Source: a virus (taxonomy: Duplodnaviria > Caudoviricetes). Taken from it: a stretch of 62,693 nt of DNA. The DNA lies in the IMG/VR virus record IMGVR_UViG_3300047379_001393, positions 1-62,693 of that record. The stretch is one strand, 5' to 3'. This document shows, piece after piece, positions 48,326 through 57,415 of the stretch; position 1 is the first letter of the stretch, and the number at the start of each line of letters is the position of its first letter. A model generated the notes under the pieces. It made no database searches. It had not been told where the DNA came from and saw nothing but the letters and a program-made list of their open reading frames with translations. Both the position numbers and the translations under genes were made by a program.

Positions 48326-48490
48326 ATGACAGAAGAATACGAAGAAGAAAAAGAAATTATTTTCGAGCCGGATGACGCTCTTATTTTAGCATTAAATGAA
48401 GTCAATAACTTGCGAGAATTAATGGAAGAGCAAAGTTCTGAAATTGAGAAGCTAAAACAAGACCTCCTTTCTTTAAAGAAAAATTCTTAA
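48326..48490 (+). CDS. Small acidic coiled-coil protein (54 aa, absent from the ORF track)
   Basis: MTEEYEEEKEIIFEPDDALILALNEVNNLRELMEEQSSEIEKLKQDLLSLKKNS*; fills the intergenic gap. Confidence 0.7.
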   Translation: MTEEYEEEKEIIFEPDDALILALNEVNNLRELMEEQSSEIEKLKQDLLSLKKNS

Positions 48491-48494
48491 AAGC

Positions 48495-48523
48495 TTGACA
48501 TACGTTAAGTTTTATGGCATAAT
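48495..48523 (+). promoter_or_regulatory. Sigma70-type promoter (probable leaderless transcript)
   Basis: TTGACA-N17-CATAAT with extended -10 TG; ATG 8 nt downstream. Confidence 0.78.
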
Positions 48524-48531
48524 AATGTCAT

Positions 48532-48804
48532 ATGAAAAAAATCTCATTAAACAAAGATGGTACTCCGCGCAAACGCCGTAATTCAGGCAAAAAAAGCGGT
48601 CTAGCTATTGTGTCCTTGTCGATTGACGAAATCCTAGAACTCGCATCGCAAGAAGTTTCCTCCGTTCCTGTTAGTGAAGATTGGGTCAAAGGGCGACTTT
48701 ACGCAAATTATCTTGCGAATAAGAAAGTTTCCAATGATTTCTCAGATCTTCAATCAGTGGAAGACAAAATTGAATACGCTATTACATCTTTTGGCAATGA
48801 ATAA
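48532..48804 (+). CDS. Hypothetical protein with basic N-terminus
   Basis: 90 aa; KDGTPRKRR; overlaps the start of the RuvB-like gene. Confidence 0.7.
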   Translation: MKKISLNKDGTPRKRRNSGKKSGLAIVSLSIDEILELASQEVSSVPVSEDWVKGRLYANYLANKKVSNDFSDLQSVEDKIEYAITSFGNE

Positions 48805-49723
48805 TTATTTTTCACACTTAATTGGCCAAGATAACGTTAAGAAAAAGCTTAACTTTTATCTAAAAGCTTATCACGCAACAAGCGTTTGCCCGTTTCTTAA
48901 CTTGGTGGGAGCTAAGGGCTTGGGTAAAACTTTGTTTGCCAAAGAATTCGCAAAAAATCTTAACAATAAAGACGGAAGCAAAAGACCTTTCCTTGAATTA
49001 AATTGTTCAACAATAAAGAACAACGCTCAGTTTTTCGAGCAGGTCTTTATTCCGATCATTATGAATAATGAGATAACAATCTTATTCGATGAAGCTCATG
49101 CCTTACCTAAAGATTTAACTATGGCGTTTCTTACGATCTTTAATACAGAGAAGGCCAACACAAAAGAATTTGTATACGATGATCAAACTTTTGTTTTTGA
49201 TTTCACCAAGCAAACTTTTATTTTTGCGACAACAGAAAGTGATAAGTTATTTCCGCCCTTAAAGGACAGATTGAGCACAGTTGATTTTGAGCAATATTCT
49301 TTTGAAAATTTGTCCGACATTATCAAACTTAATTGTGAAGGCGTTCACTTTACTAAAGATGCACTAGATGCTCTTTCCCTTACCGTTCGTGGTAACGCGA
49401 GAAACGCAGTAATGAGATCAAAAGAAATTGTTTTATATTGCGAGTCAGAGAATAAGAATACATTCGATCTTGACGATTATGCAAGTCTTACAGATTTACT
49501 AGGAATTTTACCTCATGGCATCACATGCACTGAAAAGCAAATTTTAGAGATCTTATCTGATAGGGGTAGTTGCAAACTTCAAACATTATCTGCGGTGACA
49601 GGTTTAAGCCCAACATCCTTGCGGAGGGATCATGAAATCTATCTTCTTAGGAAAAACTTCATTCAAATCGATGGAGAACGCAAGATCACTAATTTTGGTA
49701 AAAAATTAATACAATCATTATAA
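48797..49723 (+). CDS. RuvB-like AAA+ ATPase (Holliday junction branch migration helicase-like)
   Basis: LIGQDNVK, Walker A GAKGLGKT, Walker B ILFDEAH, FATT, PLKDR, RGNARNA, C-terminal EIYLL...I...R..T; ATG at 48797. Confidence 0.85.
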   Translation: MNNYFSHLIGQDNVKKKLNFYLKAYHATSVCPFLNLVGAKGLGKTLFAKEFAKNLNNKDGSKRPFLELNCSTIKNNAQFFEQVFIPIIMNNEITILFDEAHALPKDLTMAFLTIFNTEKANTKEFVYDDQTFVFDFTKQTFIFATTESDKLFPPLKDRLSTVDFEQYSFENLSDIIKLNCEGVHFTKDALDALSLTVRGNARNAVMRSKEIVLYCESENKNTFDLDDYASLTDLLGILPHGITCTEKQILEILSDRGSCKLQTLSAVTGLSPTSLRRDHEIYLLRKNFIQIDGERKITNFGKKLIQSL

Positions 49724-49732
49724 TAATATAAC

Positions 49733-49921
49733 ATGAAAGAAAAACAAAAAGTATATGTCGTTACAAGGAATTCTAGGAGAACAGAAGAAAAGAACTACTC
49801 TAACAAAAAAGATGCTGACGCAAGAGCAGCTAAATTAGTAAAAGTTTTAAAAGAATGGAAAGATCCTGATCAAAAACGTGTAAAGGTTATTGAAACAGAT
49901 AACCCAGCAAAAATACGGTAG
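49733..49921 (+). CDS. Hypothetical protein
   Basis: 62 aa; stop overlaps the next start (TAGTG). Confidence 0.7.
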   Translation: MKEKQKVYVVTRNSRRTEEKNYSNKKDADARAAKLVKVLKEWKDPDQKRVKVIETDNPAKIR

Positions 49922-50427
49922 TGTTAAACGAAAAATCTAATTACAAAAATATCTTTGAAGAATCAGCGTCTCAGCGCGGCTATATTCCCCGCAAGCGATC
50001 TAGTGAGGATGTAAACTGCAAAAATGTATCTCACATTCTCACAGGGAAAAAGAAAGACGGTGGCGCCATCAAAATTAAAGTTGACCTCAAGAAAATAAAA
50101 AACATAAAACAAGACCAGAACTGGTTATGGATTGAGTTTAAAAATGCAAGCGGCAGAGAAGGCTGGATACATGGTGACGCGCACTTTGTAGTTTTCGAGC
50201 GCAAAAAAGATTTTATTTTCGTAAACAGAAAAGAATTATTATCATGGATCGGATCTTCTAATAAAGTTAGATATGATTTACCATTTGTGAATCTAGCTAA
50301 AAAAGCCAAGTACAGAGTTTATAAACGTTCAGATAAAAAAGATGAAATTACCCAAATTAAAGTGGATGATATCAGAAATCTAAAGTCCTTTCAGATCTGG
50401 AAAAAACCTGATGGCGAATCAAGCTGA
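49921..50427 (+). CDS. Putative PD-(D/E)XK-like nuclease
   Basis: KVDLKK...WLWIEFKN..G.EGWIHG.A...VFE pattern seen in phage restriction-like proteins. Confidence 0.5.
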   Translation: MLNEKSNYKNIFEESASQRGYIPRKRSSEDVNCKNVSHILTGKKKDGGAIKIKVDLKKIKNIKQDQNWLWIEFKNASGREGWIHGDAHFVVFERKKDFIFVNRKELLSWIGSSNKVRYDLPFVNLAKKAKYRVYKRSDKKDEITQIKVDDIRNLKSFQIWKKPDGESS

Positions 50428-50848
50428 ACTAGATAAAGCTTATATAAAAATGTCTAAAATTTGGGCTTCGCTTTCTACAGCAAAGAGGAAAAAAGTTGGA
50501 TGCTTGATAGTAAAAAACGGAGCTATAATTTCTGATGGCTATAATGGCACTCCGAAAGGCTTCGATAATCAATGTGAAAGACAAGTACCTCATTTTTGCT
50601 GGACTCAAGAAGAAACTGCTCCAGAAGTTCTTCATGCAGAAAGTAATGCTATAACAAAGCTTGCCAAATCTACTCAATCTAGCGTAGGAGCCACATTATA
50701 TACTACCGCCTCACCATGCATTGATTGCGCTAAATTGATTATACAATCAGATATTCTTAGGGTTGTATATAATGAATTGTACAAAAACTCACAGGGAGTA
50801 GATTTATTAAAAAAAGCAAATATATTAGTAGAAGCTTGCGAAATTTAA
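50411..50848 (+). CDS. dCMP deaminase
   Basis: KVGCLIVK, GYNGTP.GFDN.CE, HAESNAI, SPCIDCAKLI. Confidence 0.93.
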   Translation: MANQAELDKAYIKMSKIWASLSTAKRKKVGCLIVKNGAIISDGYNGTPKGFDNQCERQVPHFCWTQEETAPEVLHAESNAITKLAKSTQSSVGATLYTTASPCIDCAKLIIQSDILRVVYNELYKNSQGVDLLKKANILVEACEI

Positions 50849-50861
50849 ACTACCATCTGGC

Positions 50862-51425
50862 ATGATAGAAGGTATTTCAATTATTATTATACTCATACTG
50901 TGCTATATTGTATATAGCAAACAGCCTCAAGACTTAACTGACGTAGATAAGTTAAGAGATGAAAATGAATTTTTAAAATTAAAATTAAATGAGAATAATC
51001 AAGAGTCAAAGCATAGAGAAGATAATTTAACAAAAATTATTAATGAATTGCAAACATCTATTCCTAAAGATAGAGAAGATTTTCAAAAGAGAAGCGATCT
51101 TCAGTCGCAGCAGATTAAAGAGCTTCAGGAGAGGCTTGATAGTGAGACTGAGGCTCGCAAGAAAGTTCTTTCGCAGAAGAAGAGCGGGGAGGTCAGGCTT
51201 GGACATATAGCGGAGACCCTAGCCCCCTTCTTGGATCAATTTGAATTTGACCCAGAGAGATGTTCTTTTATGGGTAAACCGATTGACTATATATCATTCG
51301 GAGATGATGAGATAACTTTTATAGAAGTAAAAAGCGGTAACGCACAATTAAATCAAAGACAAAGACAAATTAAACAACTAGTACAACAAAAAGCAATATC
51401 ATGGAAAGAAGTGAGGATAAAATGA
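50862..51425 (+). CDS. Holliday junction resolvase-like PD-(D/E)XK endonuclease with N-terminal membrane anchor and coiled coil
   Basis: Hydrophobic N-terminus, coiled coil, then G.IAE.LAPF...FMGKPIDYISF...FIEVKSG...L...QR. Confidence 0.78.
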   Translation: MIEGISIIIILILCYIVYSKQPQDLTDVDKLRDENEFLKLKLNENNQESKHREDNLTKIINELQTSIPKDREDFQKRSDLQSQQIKELQERLDSETEARKKVLSQKKSGEVRLGHIAETLAPFLDQFEFDPERCSFMGKPIDYISFGDDEITFIEVKSGNAQLNQRQRQIKQLVQQKAISWKEVRIK

Positions 51426-52198
51426 GTTTTGATTTATTAAAATTTCTCAAAGAACTTAAGGGTAAAAAAATTATCTACACGCCAAATCCAGGGAATGCGG
51501 GAGATAGCTTAATTGCTTCGAGCACTTTAGATATATTCAAAAAGATTAATTTAGACTTCGAAATCCAAAACCCTAAAAACAAATTTAACAAAAAAACAAT
51601 TATCTATGGAGGAGGAGGGAATCTAATAGATAAATATGATAATTTAAGAAATTTTTTATGGAAAAATCTTAAAGATAATCGAATAATTGTTTTGCCCCAC
51701 ACATTTAGTCACTGCGACAAATTATTAAATCGCATAGGTAGTAATGTAACATTAATCGCAAGAGAAAGAGTTTCATTCGATTACATCAAAACGCATATGC
51801 GATACCCCGAGAATGCTTTGCTTTCAGATGACATGGCATTCCACCTTGATAATTTAGACTTCTACATAAATGAACCTAATGCAGGTATATGTAATGTCTT
51901 TAGGTTAGATAAGGAAAAGACAAGTGTTGATATACCTGACAACAATAAGGATGTATCAGCGGATTTTATTTTTAAACAGAATACTTTAAATGAAAGTCAT
52001 ATAAAAATTTCTGCAGATAATTTACTTCGCTATCTATCTAAATTCGAGGAGATCAATACAAATCGACTACATGTAGGTATAGCTGGCTCACTTTTAGGAA
52101 GAAAAGTTAATCTCTTCCCTAATTCATATTATAAAAACGAAGCGGTCTTCTCTTTCTCAATTAAAAATAAGTATAAAAATACATCATTTATAAATTAA
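51422..52198 (+). CDS. Polysaccharide pyruvyl transferase family protein
   Basis: NPGNAGDSLI, YGGGGNL, LPHT, ARE..S, DMAF, TNRLHVGI; ATG 51422. Confidence 0.85.
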   Translation: MSFDLLKFLKELKGKKIIYTPNPGNAGDSLIASSTLDIFKKINLDFEIQNPKNKFNKKTIIYGGGGNLIDKYDNLRNFLWKNLKDNRIIVLPHTFSHCDKLLNRIGSNVTLIARERVSFDYIKTHMRYPENALLSDDMAFHLDNLDFYINEPNAGICNVFRLDKEKTSVDIPDNNKDVSADFIFKQNTLNESHIKISADNLLRYLSKFEEINTNRLHVGIAGSLLGRKVNLFPNSYYKNEAVFSFSIKNKYKNTSFIN

Positions 52199-52202
52199 TG
52201 CA

Positions 52203-52622
52203 ATGAAACTCAAAATCAAAAAATTAAACGAACGCGCAGAAATTCCTTTTTATGCGAAGGATGGAGATGCGGGTATGGATTTAGTGGCAACAAATCTTGT
52301 TCGAACAGGAAAATTTTCCGAATATGGAACAGATTTAGCAATAGAAATTCCTAAAGGTTATGTTGGTTTACTTTTTCCGAGATCAAGTATTTCAAAAACA
52401 GATCATTACTTGCGCAACTCTGTCGGAGTTATAGACTCTGGATATCGCGGAGAGATTAAATTACGTATGAGTATTCCTGCCTTGGGAGAAACTGAATATC
52501 TAATTGGAGATAAAGTTGGTCAATTAATTATTATGAAGCTACCTTGGGTAGAGATCGAAGAAGTAGACGAATTGTCGGAAACTGATCGAGGCGAAGGTGG
52601 ATTTGGAAGCACAGGAAGTTAA
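52203..52622 (+). CDS. dut: dUTPase (trimeric)
   Basis: AGMDL, PRSS, GVIDSGYRGEI, RGEGGFGSTG. Confidence 0.96.
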   Translation: MKLKIKKLNERAEIPFYAKDGDAGMDLVATNLVRTGKFSEYGTDLAIEIPKGYVGLLFPRSSISKTDHYLRNSVGVIDSGYRGEIKLRMSIPALGETEYLIGDKVGQLIIMKLPWVEIEEVDELSETDRGEGGFGSTGS

Positions 52623-52658
52623 TTTAATAAATAATAAAAACATATATAGTCAAAGACC

Positions 52659-53621
52659 ATGTCTTATAAAAATAAAGAAGAAAAAAAAGCATACCAAAAG
52701 GCTTATCGCGAAGCCAACAAAGAGAAAATCGCAACGCAGAGAAAAGTTTATTACGAAGCAAACAAAGAGAAAATCGCAGAGGCCAAAAAGGCTTATCGCG
52801 AAGCCAACAAAGAGAAAATTTCAGAGGCCAAAAAGGCTTATTACGAAGCTAACAAAGAAAAAATCGCAAAGCGAGGCCAAGCTTATCGCAAAGTCAACAA
52901 AGATAAAATTTTAGATTACCAAAAGACTTATCGTGAAGCTAACAAAGAAAAAATCTCAAAGCGAGACAAGGCTTATCGTGAAGCCAACAAAGAGAAAATT
53001 TCAGATTACCAAAAGACTTATCATGAAGCTAATAGAGAAAAAATCTTAAAACAACAAAAGTTGTATCGTGAAGCCAACAAAGAAAAAATTACAGATCAAA
53101 TAAAAGCGTATCGCGAAGCCAACAAAGACAAAATTTCAGAGAACCGAAAGGCTTATTACGAAGCCAACAAAGACAACATCTTAGATAAGGTAAAGGTTTA
53201 TTATAAGGGTAATAGAGAGAAAATTATAGAAAAACAGAAGGCTTACATGAAACAAAGGCGAGCAAAAGACCCCATTTTTAGACTAAAAATGAATTATAGA
53301 CGATCTTGCCTCACAGCATTTGAATCAATAGGTCAGAAAAAAAACAACAAATCATTAAAACTTCTTGGCTTAAAGACATGGCAAGAATTATCTGAACATT
53401 TATCTAAACAATTTTACGATCACCCCGAAACAGGTGAAGAAATGACTTTTGATAATCATGGATTTTATGGTTGGCATATAGATCATATCATTCCATTATC
53501 CACCGCTAAAACCGAGGAAGACATAATTAAACTTTGTCACTATACAAATCTTCAACCCTTATGGGCAGAGGATAATCTAAGTAAAAATAATAAAATCCTT
53601 GACATTAAACCCAATATATGA
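52659..53621 (+). CDS. HNH endonuclease with 15-aa repeat N-terminal region (homing endonuclease-like)
   Basis: WHIDHIIPLS...CHYTNLQPLWAEDNLSK HNH domain; 12 YREANKEKI-type repeats. Confidence 0.88.
   Translation: MSYKNKEEKKAYQKAYREANKEKIATQRKVYYEANKEKIAEAKKAYREANKEKISEAKKAYYEANKEKIAKRGQAYRKVNKDKILDYQKTYREANKEKISKRDKAYREANKEKISDYQKTYHEANREKILKQQKLYREANKEKITDQIKAYREANKDKISENRKAYYEANKDNILDKVKVYYKGNREKIIEKQKAYMKQRRAKDPIFRLKMNYRRSCLTAFESIGQKKNNKSLKLLGLKTWQELSEHLSKQFYDHPETGEEMTFDNHGFYGWHIDHIIPLSTAKTEEDIIKLCHYTNLQPLWAEDNLSKNNKILDIKPNI
52704..53243 (+). repeat. 45-bp degenerate coding tandem repeat, 12 copies
   Basis: TATCGCGAAGCCAACAAAGAGAAAAT-like units at 45-nt spacing. Confidence 0.9.
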
Positions 53622-53627
53622 GATAAT
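53599..53627 (+). promoter_or_regulatory. Sigma70-type promoter (probable leaderless transcript)
   Basis: TTGACA-N17-GATAAT with extended -10 TG; ATG 6 nt downstream. Confidence 0.75.
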
Positions 53628-53633
53628 ACTAGC

Positions 53634-53882
53634 ATGTTCAATATTAAATCAAAGTTAAAAAACAAAGTTAAAAAAAGTCAAGACCAACGTTATTTCGTAG
53701 TATACAAGAATGCAGAAGATGAGGTAAAGACTTATGAAATCGGTAGGCCTCAATTAGGAGATTCGTTTGGAAACAGAGAGGAAGAAAGAAACAATATTGG
53801 ATTCAAAGCTTTTTGCTTTGGTCGCCAAGAAGTTCGTTCTTTTCGCCACGATAGAATCGTTTCTCTTACTCGCGCATCGTGA
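53634..53882 (+). CDS. Small WYL-like domain protein
   Basis: AFCFGRQEVRSFRHDRI matches the WYL R.FR.DRI motif; 82 aa. Confidence 0.6.
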   Translation: MFNIKSKLKNKVKKSQDQRYFVVYKNAEDEVKTYEIGRPQLGDSFGNREEERNNIGFKAFCFGRQEVRSFRHDRIVSLTRAS

Positions 53883-54085
53883 GAGGAGCTATTTTAAATT
53901 ACTCTCTCAATAAATTTTGTCCTTTATTGATTATAGGGTTCTTACTTTTTTATAATTTCGGTTATGCAAAGTTTGAGCCCTATACCATTTTGGGCTTAGT
54001 TTATTTTATAGAGAAATTTAATTTCAATGTCGGATATTCTGTAGCTTATTGCGAGTGCCACGGAATAGATTTGAAAAATCAATAA
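53879..54085 (+). CDS. Small putative membrane protein
   Basis: 68 aa with two hydrophobic segments; GTGA overlap with upstream stop. Confidence 0.6.
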   Translation: MRGAILNYSLNKFCPLLIIGFLLFYNFGYAKFEPYTILGLVYFIEKFNFNVGYSVAYCECHGIDLKNQ

Positions 54086-54267
54086 AGTTCAAGCTTGACG
54101 TAGAACAACTACAATTTTTTTCAAAATGCTTAGAAGAATTATCTAAGCTTTCTGTAGAATTATTGCAAGCAATTAATAAAGTAAACAAAAACAATAATAA
54201 AAAAATTCTATCAGAGATAGAAGATGCAAAAAAGTATTTAAAAGAACTAAAGAGCGTGTTATTATAG
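54049..54267 (+). CDS. Hypothetical protein (start uncertain)
   Basis: Helical ORF filling the gap before ppa. Confidence 0.5.
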   Translation: MRVPRNRFEKSIKFKLDVEQLQFFSKCLEELSKLSVELLQAINKVNKNNNKKILSEIEDAKKYLKELKSVLL

Positions 54268-54273
54268 GGTGTA

Positions 54274-54807
54274 ATGACTAGAAACAATCTTTTTATGCCC
54301 GCAAACTTATTTAATATATCTCAGCCAAAAAATTTCCCCGAAAGCATTTACGCTGTAGTGGAAATTCCAAAAGGAACAAACGTAAAATACGAATATGATC
54401 ATATTAATGGTTATTTTTTGTATGATAGAGCCCTGCTTAGTCCAATGATTTATCCTTCTAGTTATGGTTTTATCCCTCAAACCATGGCAGAGGATAATGA
54501 TCCGCTAGATGTGCTTGTATATAATAGCATGCCTATCGATAGAGGTGTGGCGGTAAAATGCAGACCGCTTGGTTATTTATCCATGATAGATAATGGAGAT
54601 GTAGATCATAAGGTACTTGCGATCCCTGAATCTCATATCAGGAAACACACATCCTTAGAAGATATAGATAATTTATTTCTACAGCTATGTGAAAACTTTT
54701 TTGCAAATTATAAAAGATTATCTAACCACAAACATATAGAAACAGAAACCTTCGGGTGGAAAGGTACAGAAGAAGCTTTAGATTTGATTAAAAAGTGTAC
54801 TATTTAA
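54274..54807 (+). CDS. ppa: Family I inorganic pyrophosphatase
   Basis: VEIPKG..VKYEYD, DR.L....YP..YGFIPQT, DNDPLDVLV, D.G..D.K; start may be ATG 54295. Confidence 0.93.
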   Translation: MTRNNLFMPANLFNISQPKNFPESIYAVVEIPKGTNVKYEYDHINGYFLYDRALLSPMIYPSSYGFIPQTMAEDNDPLDVLVYNSMPIDRGVAVKCRPLGYLSMIDNGDVDHKVLAIPESHIRKHTSLEDIDNLFLQLCENFFANYKRLSNHKHIETETFGWKGTEEALDLIKKCTI

Positions 54808-54808
54808 T

Positions 54809-54874
54809 ATGCTAGCTATTTTACTATTATCAATTTTATATAGTTTTTGTGTTTACGAAAAGTATAAATGGTAA
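54809..54874 (+). CDS. Possible 21-aa hydrophobic peptide
   Basis: MLAILLLSILYSFCVYEKYKW*; GTGTA 9 nt upstream; overlaps the next start. Confidence 0.35.
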   Translation: MLAILLLSILYSFCVYEKYKW

Positions 54875-55095
54875 AAATTATGCCGTCTGCGCAGAATTTA
54901 ATCATATTTTTATTTTTAGTTACTTCATGCGCCCACAAAAAAGATTTGAAACCCAAGAACGCTCTATTTCTGCAAAACAATAAAAACTGGAGCGCGGTAT
55001 ACGAGCGCGAACTCAAATCAGCCTTAGAAAACGAAGACCACGCTGCTTTTTATTTTTTTTGGCCAGAATACTTAAAAGCTCTAGAAGAGCAATAA
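54868..55095 (+). CDS. Putative small lipoprotein
   Basis: Hydrophobic stretch ending in VTSC lipobox-like motif. Confidence 0.55.
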   Translation: MVKIMPSAQNLIIFLFLVTSCAHKKDLKPKNALFLQNNKNWSAVYERELKSALENEDHAAFYFFWPEYLKALEEQ

Positions 55096-55126
55096 AAATT
55101 AACGATTATTTGTGTATAAATGAATA

Positions 55127-57415
55127 ATGAATTTTAAAACATTCTTCATAAATTTAAAAGATAACCCTCAGCCCTGGCATAAGGCTCAAAATTTATTTTC
55201 TCTTCTCCCCGAAGAGATGGGTGATACCTTAGAACGTATTTCAGCGATAGACACAAGGCAAAGCTTAGATATATTACAGCAATTCGGATTAACCTTGAAC
55301 CCCGTTGGTTTAATGAATAATTTGCATTTTTCTCAAAATGCTGGGGAAGTTGGGTGTTTCCTTAGTCATTATACAGCTTGGAATAAAATTATCGAACAAG
55401 ATTTAGATCTTGCATTAATCCTAGAAGATGATATCGTAATTAGTGATGCGTTAAATTTCTTAATCCACAATATAGATCTAGAAGATGTTGATTTTATTAA
55501 CTTAAACGCAAGAAATTCATCTTTTAATTCATTAAATTTTTGCGGATCAGAAGCATATATACTCTCTAAACTCGGAGCGAAAAAGCTAATAGACTTAATC
55601 AAAAATTGCTCCGCAATGCAAGGCAACATTGAACCTGATTTTAATTTAGAAGAAAAACAAAAATTTAATTTTGAACTACAGAATTCAATTATAGCACCAG
55701 TTGACAAATTTCTCGGATACTGCACCTCTAATAATTTAAAGGACGAGATTAGACTTTCTTACCAATGTATTCCGATTATAGATTTATGTAAAATATCTTC
55801 TAGTCAATCTTCCGTAAATTCTGATTTTTCTCAAAAATCTTATACGGATTTTTCAAATGAAGAATTAGAATCTTTTATAAATTCAGATAATTTTCGTTTT
55901 TGGGATAAAAAATACTCAGTATCTTTGTGCATTTGCACTTTTGACAATTATCGACAATTAAAAAACACACTGCAATCTGCGCTTAATCAAAATTATAATT
56001 TTTTTGAAATAATTATACTGGATAACACTTCTCAAGAAATGTTGAAACTTAATCCGTATAAAGAAAATCGAAGGCACAAGCTTCTTCATTTTTGCCAAAA
56101 CCAAGATAATATTAGATACATACATGAACCTCTAGCTAATCTCTCTAAAGCGAGGAACCGATGTATTGAAGTCTCTGAGAATGATTTGATTTATTTTATT
56201 GATGACGATGTAATTTTGGATAAAAACGCAATACAATCTATGTCTAAAGAATTTAATACGCATAATCTTGTGTCCGTAGTAGGGGGTAAAGTTTTGTCTG
56301 TATGGCCAAACGACGAAAAACCAGAGTGGCTCAATGAGGAACATGCAAAATATTACTCCGAAGTAGATCATGGAGAAAACAGAGTTTTAATAAATAGTCG
56401 TCGCGAATTAAATTTAGTTGGAGCGAATATATGTTTTAAAAAATCAATTTTTCAAAAAGTGGGTGACTTTGACCCAGCCCTTGGAAGAAGAGGGTCGCTA
56501 CTTTTATCCGGAGAAGAGGACGACATGATTCAAAAAATCTTAAACATCGGAGCTTATGTCAAATATTCTCCCGCTCCCATTGTTCACCACATCATTAACA
56601 AGGAAAGGTGCGACAAACAATGGTTAAGAAAACGAATTTTTTGGCAGGGTATCACTGGAAAATCCCTCGGAATAGAAATGTCTTTTGATAAATCTTATTT
56701 AAGAAAAAATATCAAGTCCCTATTTAAGGAAGGTTGTGATTTTTCCACGCAAATAGAATTAATTTCTCAACTGACCAGCTTTCTGTCTCAAGGAGGACTT
56801 CAAGAAGAATTTATGTATACAGATTTTAAAAAAGCTTTCGTGATCTCTATAAATGAAAATAAACTTAAAAAATACAAAAACATAAATTTTATAGAACCTT
56901 TTGTGGGCATTGATACTAGAAAAAATTATAAAGAAATTGTATCCCAATATGGATTTAAAGAAGAAGTAGAGCCTAAATGGCAAGAGCATTTTTACACAAA
57001 GAGCGGAGGTAATGGGCCAGGTGCTTTTGGATGCTCTCTGAGTCATTTTATGTTGTGGAAAAGCATCTCGCAGGAAAAAAATAACAATGATTGGTTTCTA
57101 ATATTAGAAGACGATGCCTGCGTGGAGGATGTAATTGAATTTTCAAAAAATCCAAAAATTGATTTTAATGACTTTGACCTTATTAACCTCAACAACAGAC
57201 CCAAACCATGGAAAGAGTTCGATGGGTCTGATGCTTATTTAATTAAGGTGGAAACTGCAAAAAAAATAATAGATTATTGTGGAGACGAAATTATTGCTCC
57301 AGCAGATAAAATTCTATTTGACCCAAATTATTTTCGCGGTCAATATGACATAAAATACTTTCACCACAAAAGCATAGGAATGGCAGAAGACTGGAAAGAC
57401 TCTAGCTTACAATAA
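55127..57415 (+). CDS. Triple glycosyltransferase fusion (GT25-GT2-GT25)
   Basis: Two GT25 modules (GEVGCFLSHY..W...LILEDD; GAFGCSLSH..LW...LILEDD) flank a GT2 module (VSLCICT...LSKARN...FIDDD...GEEDD). Confidence 0.87.
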   Translation: MNFKTFFINLKDNPQPWHKAQNLFSLLPEEMGDTLERISAIDTRQSLDILQQFGLTLNPVGLMNNLHFSQNAGEVGCFLSHYTAWNKIIEQDLDLALILEDDIVISDALNFLIHNIDLEDVDFINLNARNSSFNSLNFCGSEAYILSKLGAKKLIDLIKNCSAMQGNIEPDFNLEEKQKFNFELQNSIIAPVDKFLGYCTSNNLKDEIRLSYQCIPIIDLCKISSSQSSVNSDFSQKSYTDFSNEELESFINSDNFRFWDKKYSVSLCICTFDNYRQLKNTLQSALNQNYNFFEIIILDNTSQEMLKLNPYKENRRHKLLHFCQNQDNIRYIHEPLANLSKARNRCIEVSENDLIYFIDDDVILDKNAIQSMSKEFNTHNLVSVVGGKVLSVWPNDEKPEWLNEEHAKYYSEVDHGENRVLINSRRELNLVGANICFKKSIFQKVGDFDPALGRRGSLLLSGEEDDMIQKILNIGAYVKYSPAPIVHHIINKERCDKQWLRKRIFWQGITGKSLGIEMSFDKSYLRKNIKSLFKEGCDFSTQIELISQLTSFLSQGGLQEEFMYTDFKKAFVISINENKLKKYKNINFIEPFVGIDTRKNYKEIVSQYGFKEEVEPKWQEHFYTKSGGNGPGAFGCSLSHFMLWKSISQEKNNNDWFLILEDDACVEDVIEFSKNPKIDFNDFDLINLNNRPKPWKEFDGSDAYLIKVETAKKIIDYCGDEIIAPADKILFDPNYFRGQYDIKYFHHKSIGMAEDWKDSSLQ

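Noticed and set aside
52597-52914. Lys/Arg-rich alternative-frame ORF
   Set aside because: Shadow of the 45-bp repeat in the HNH gene.
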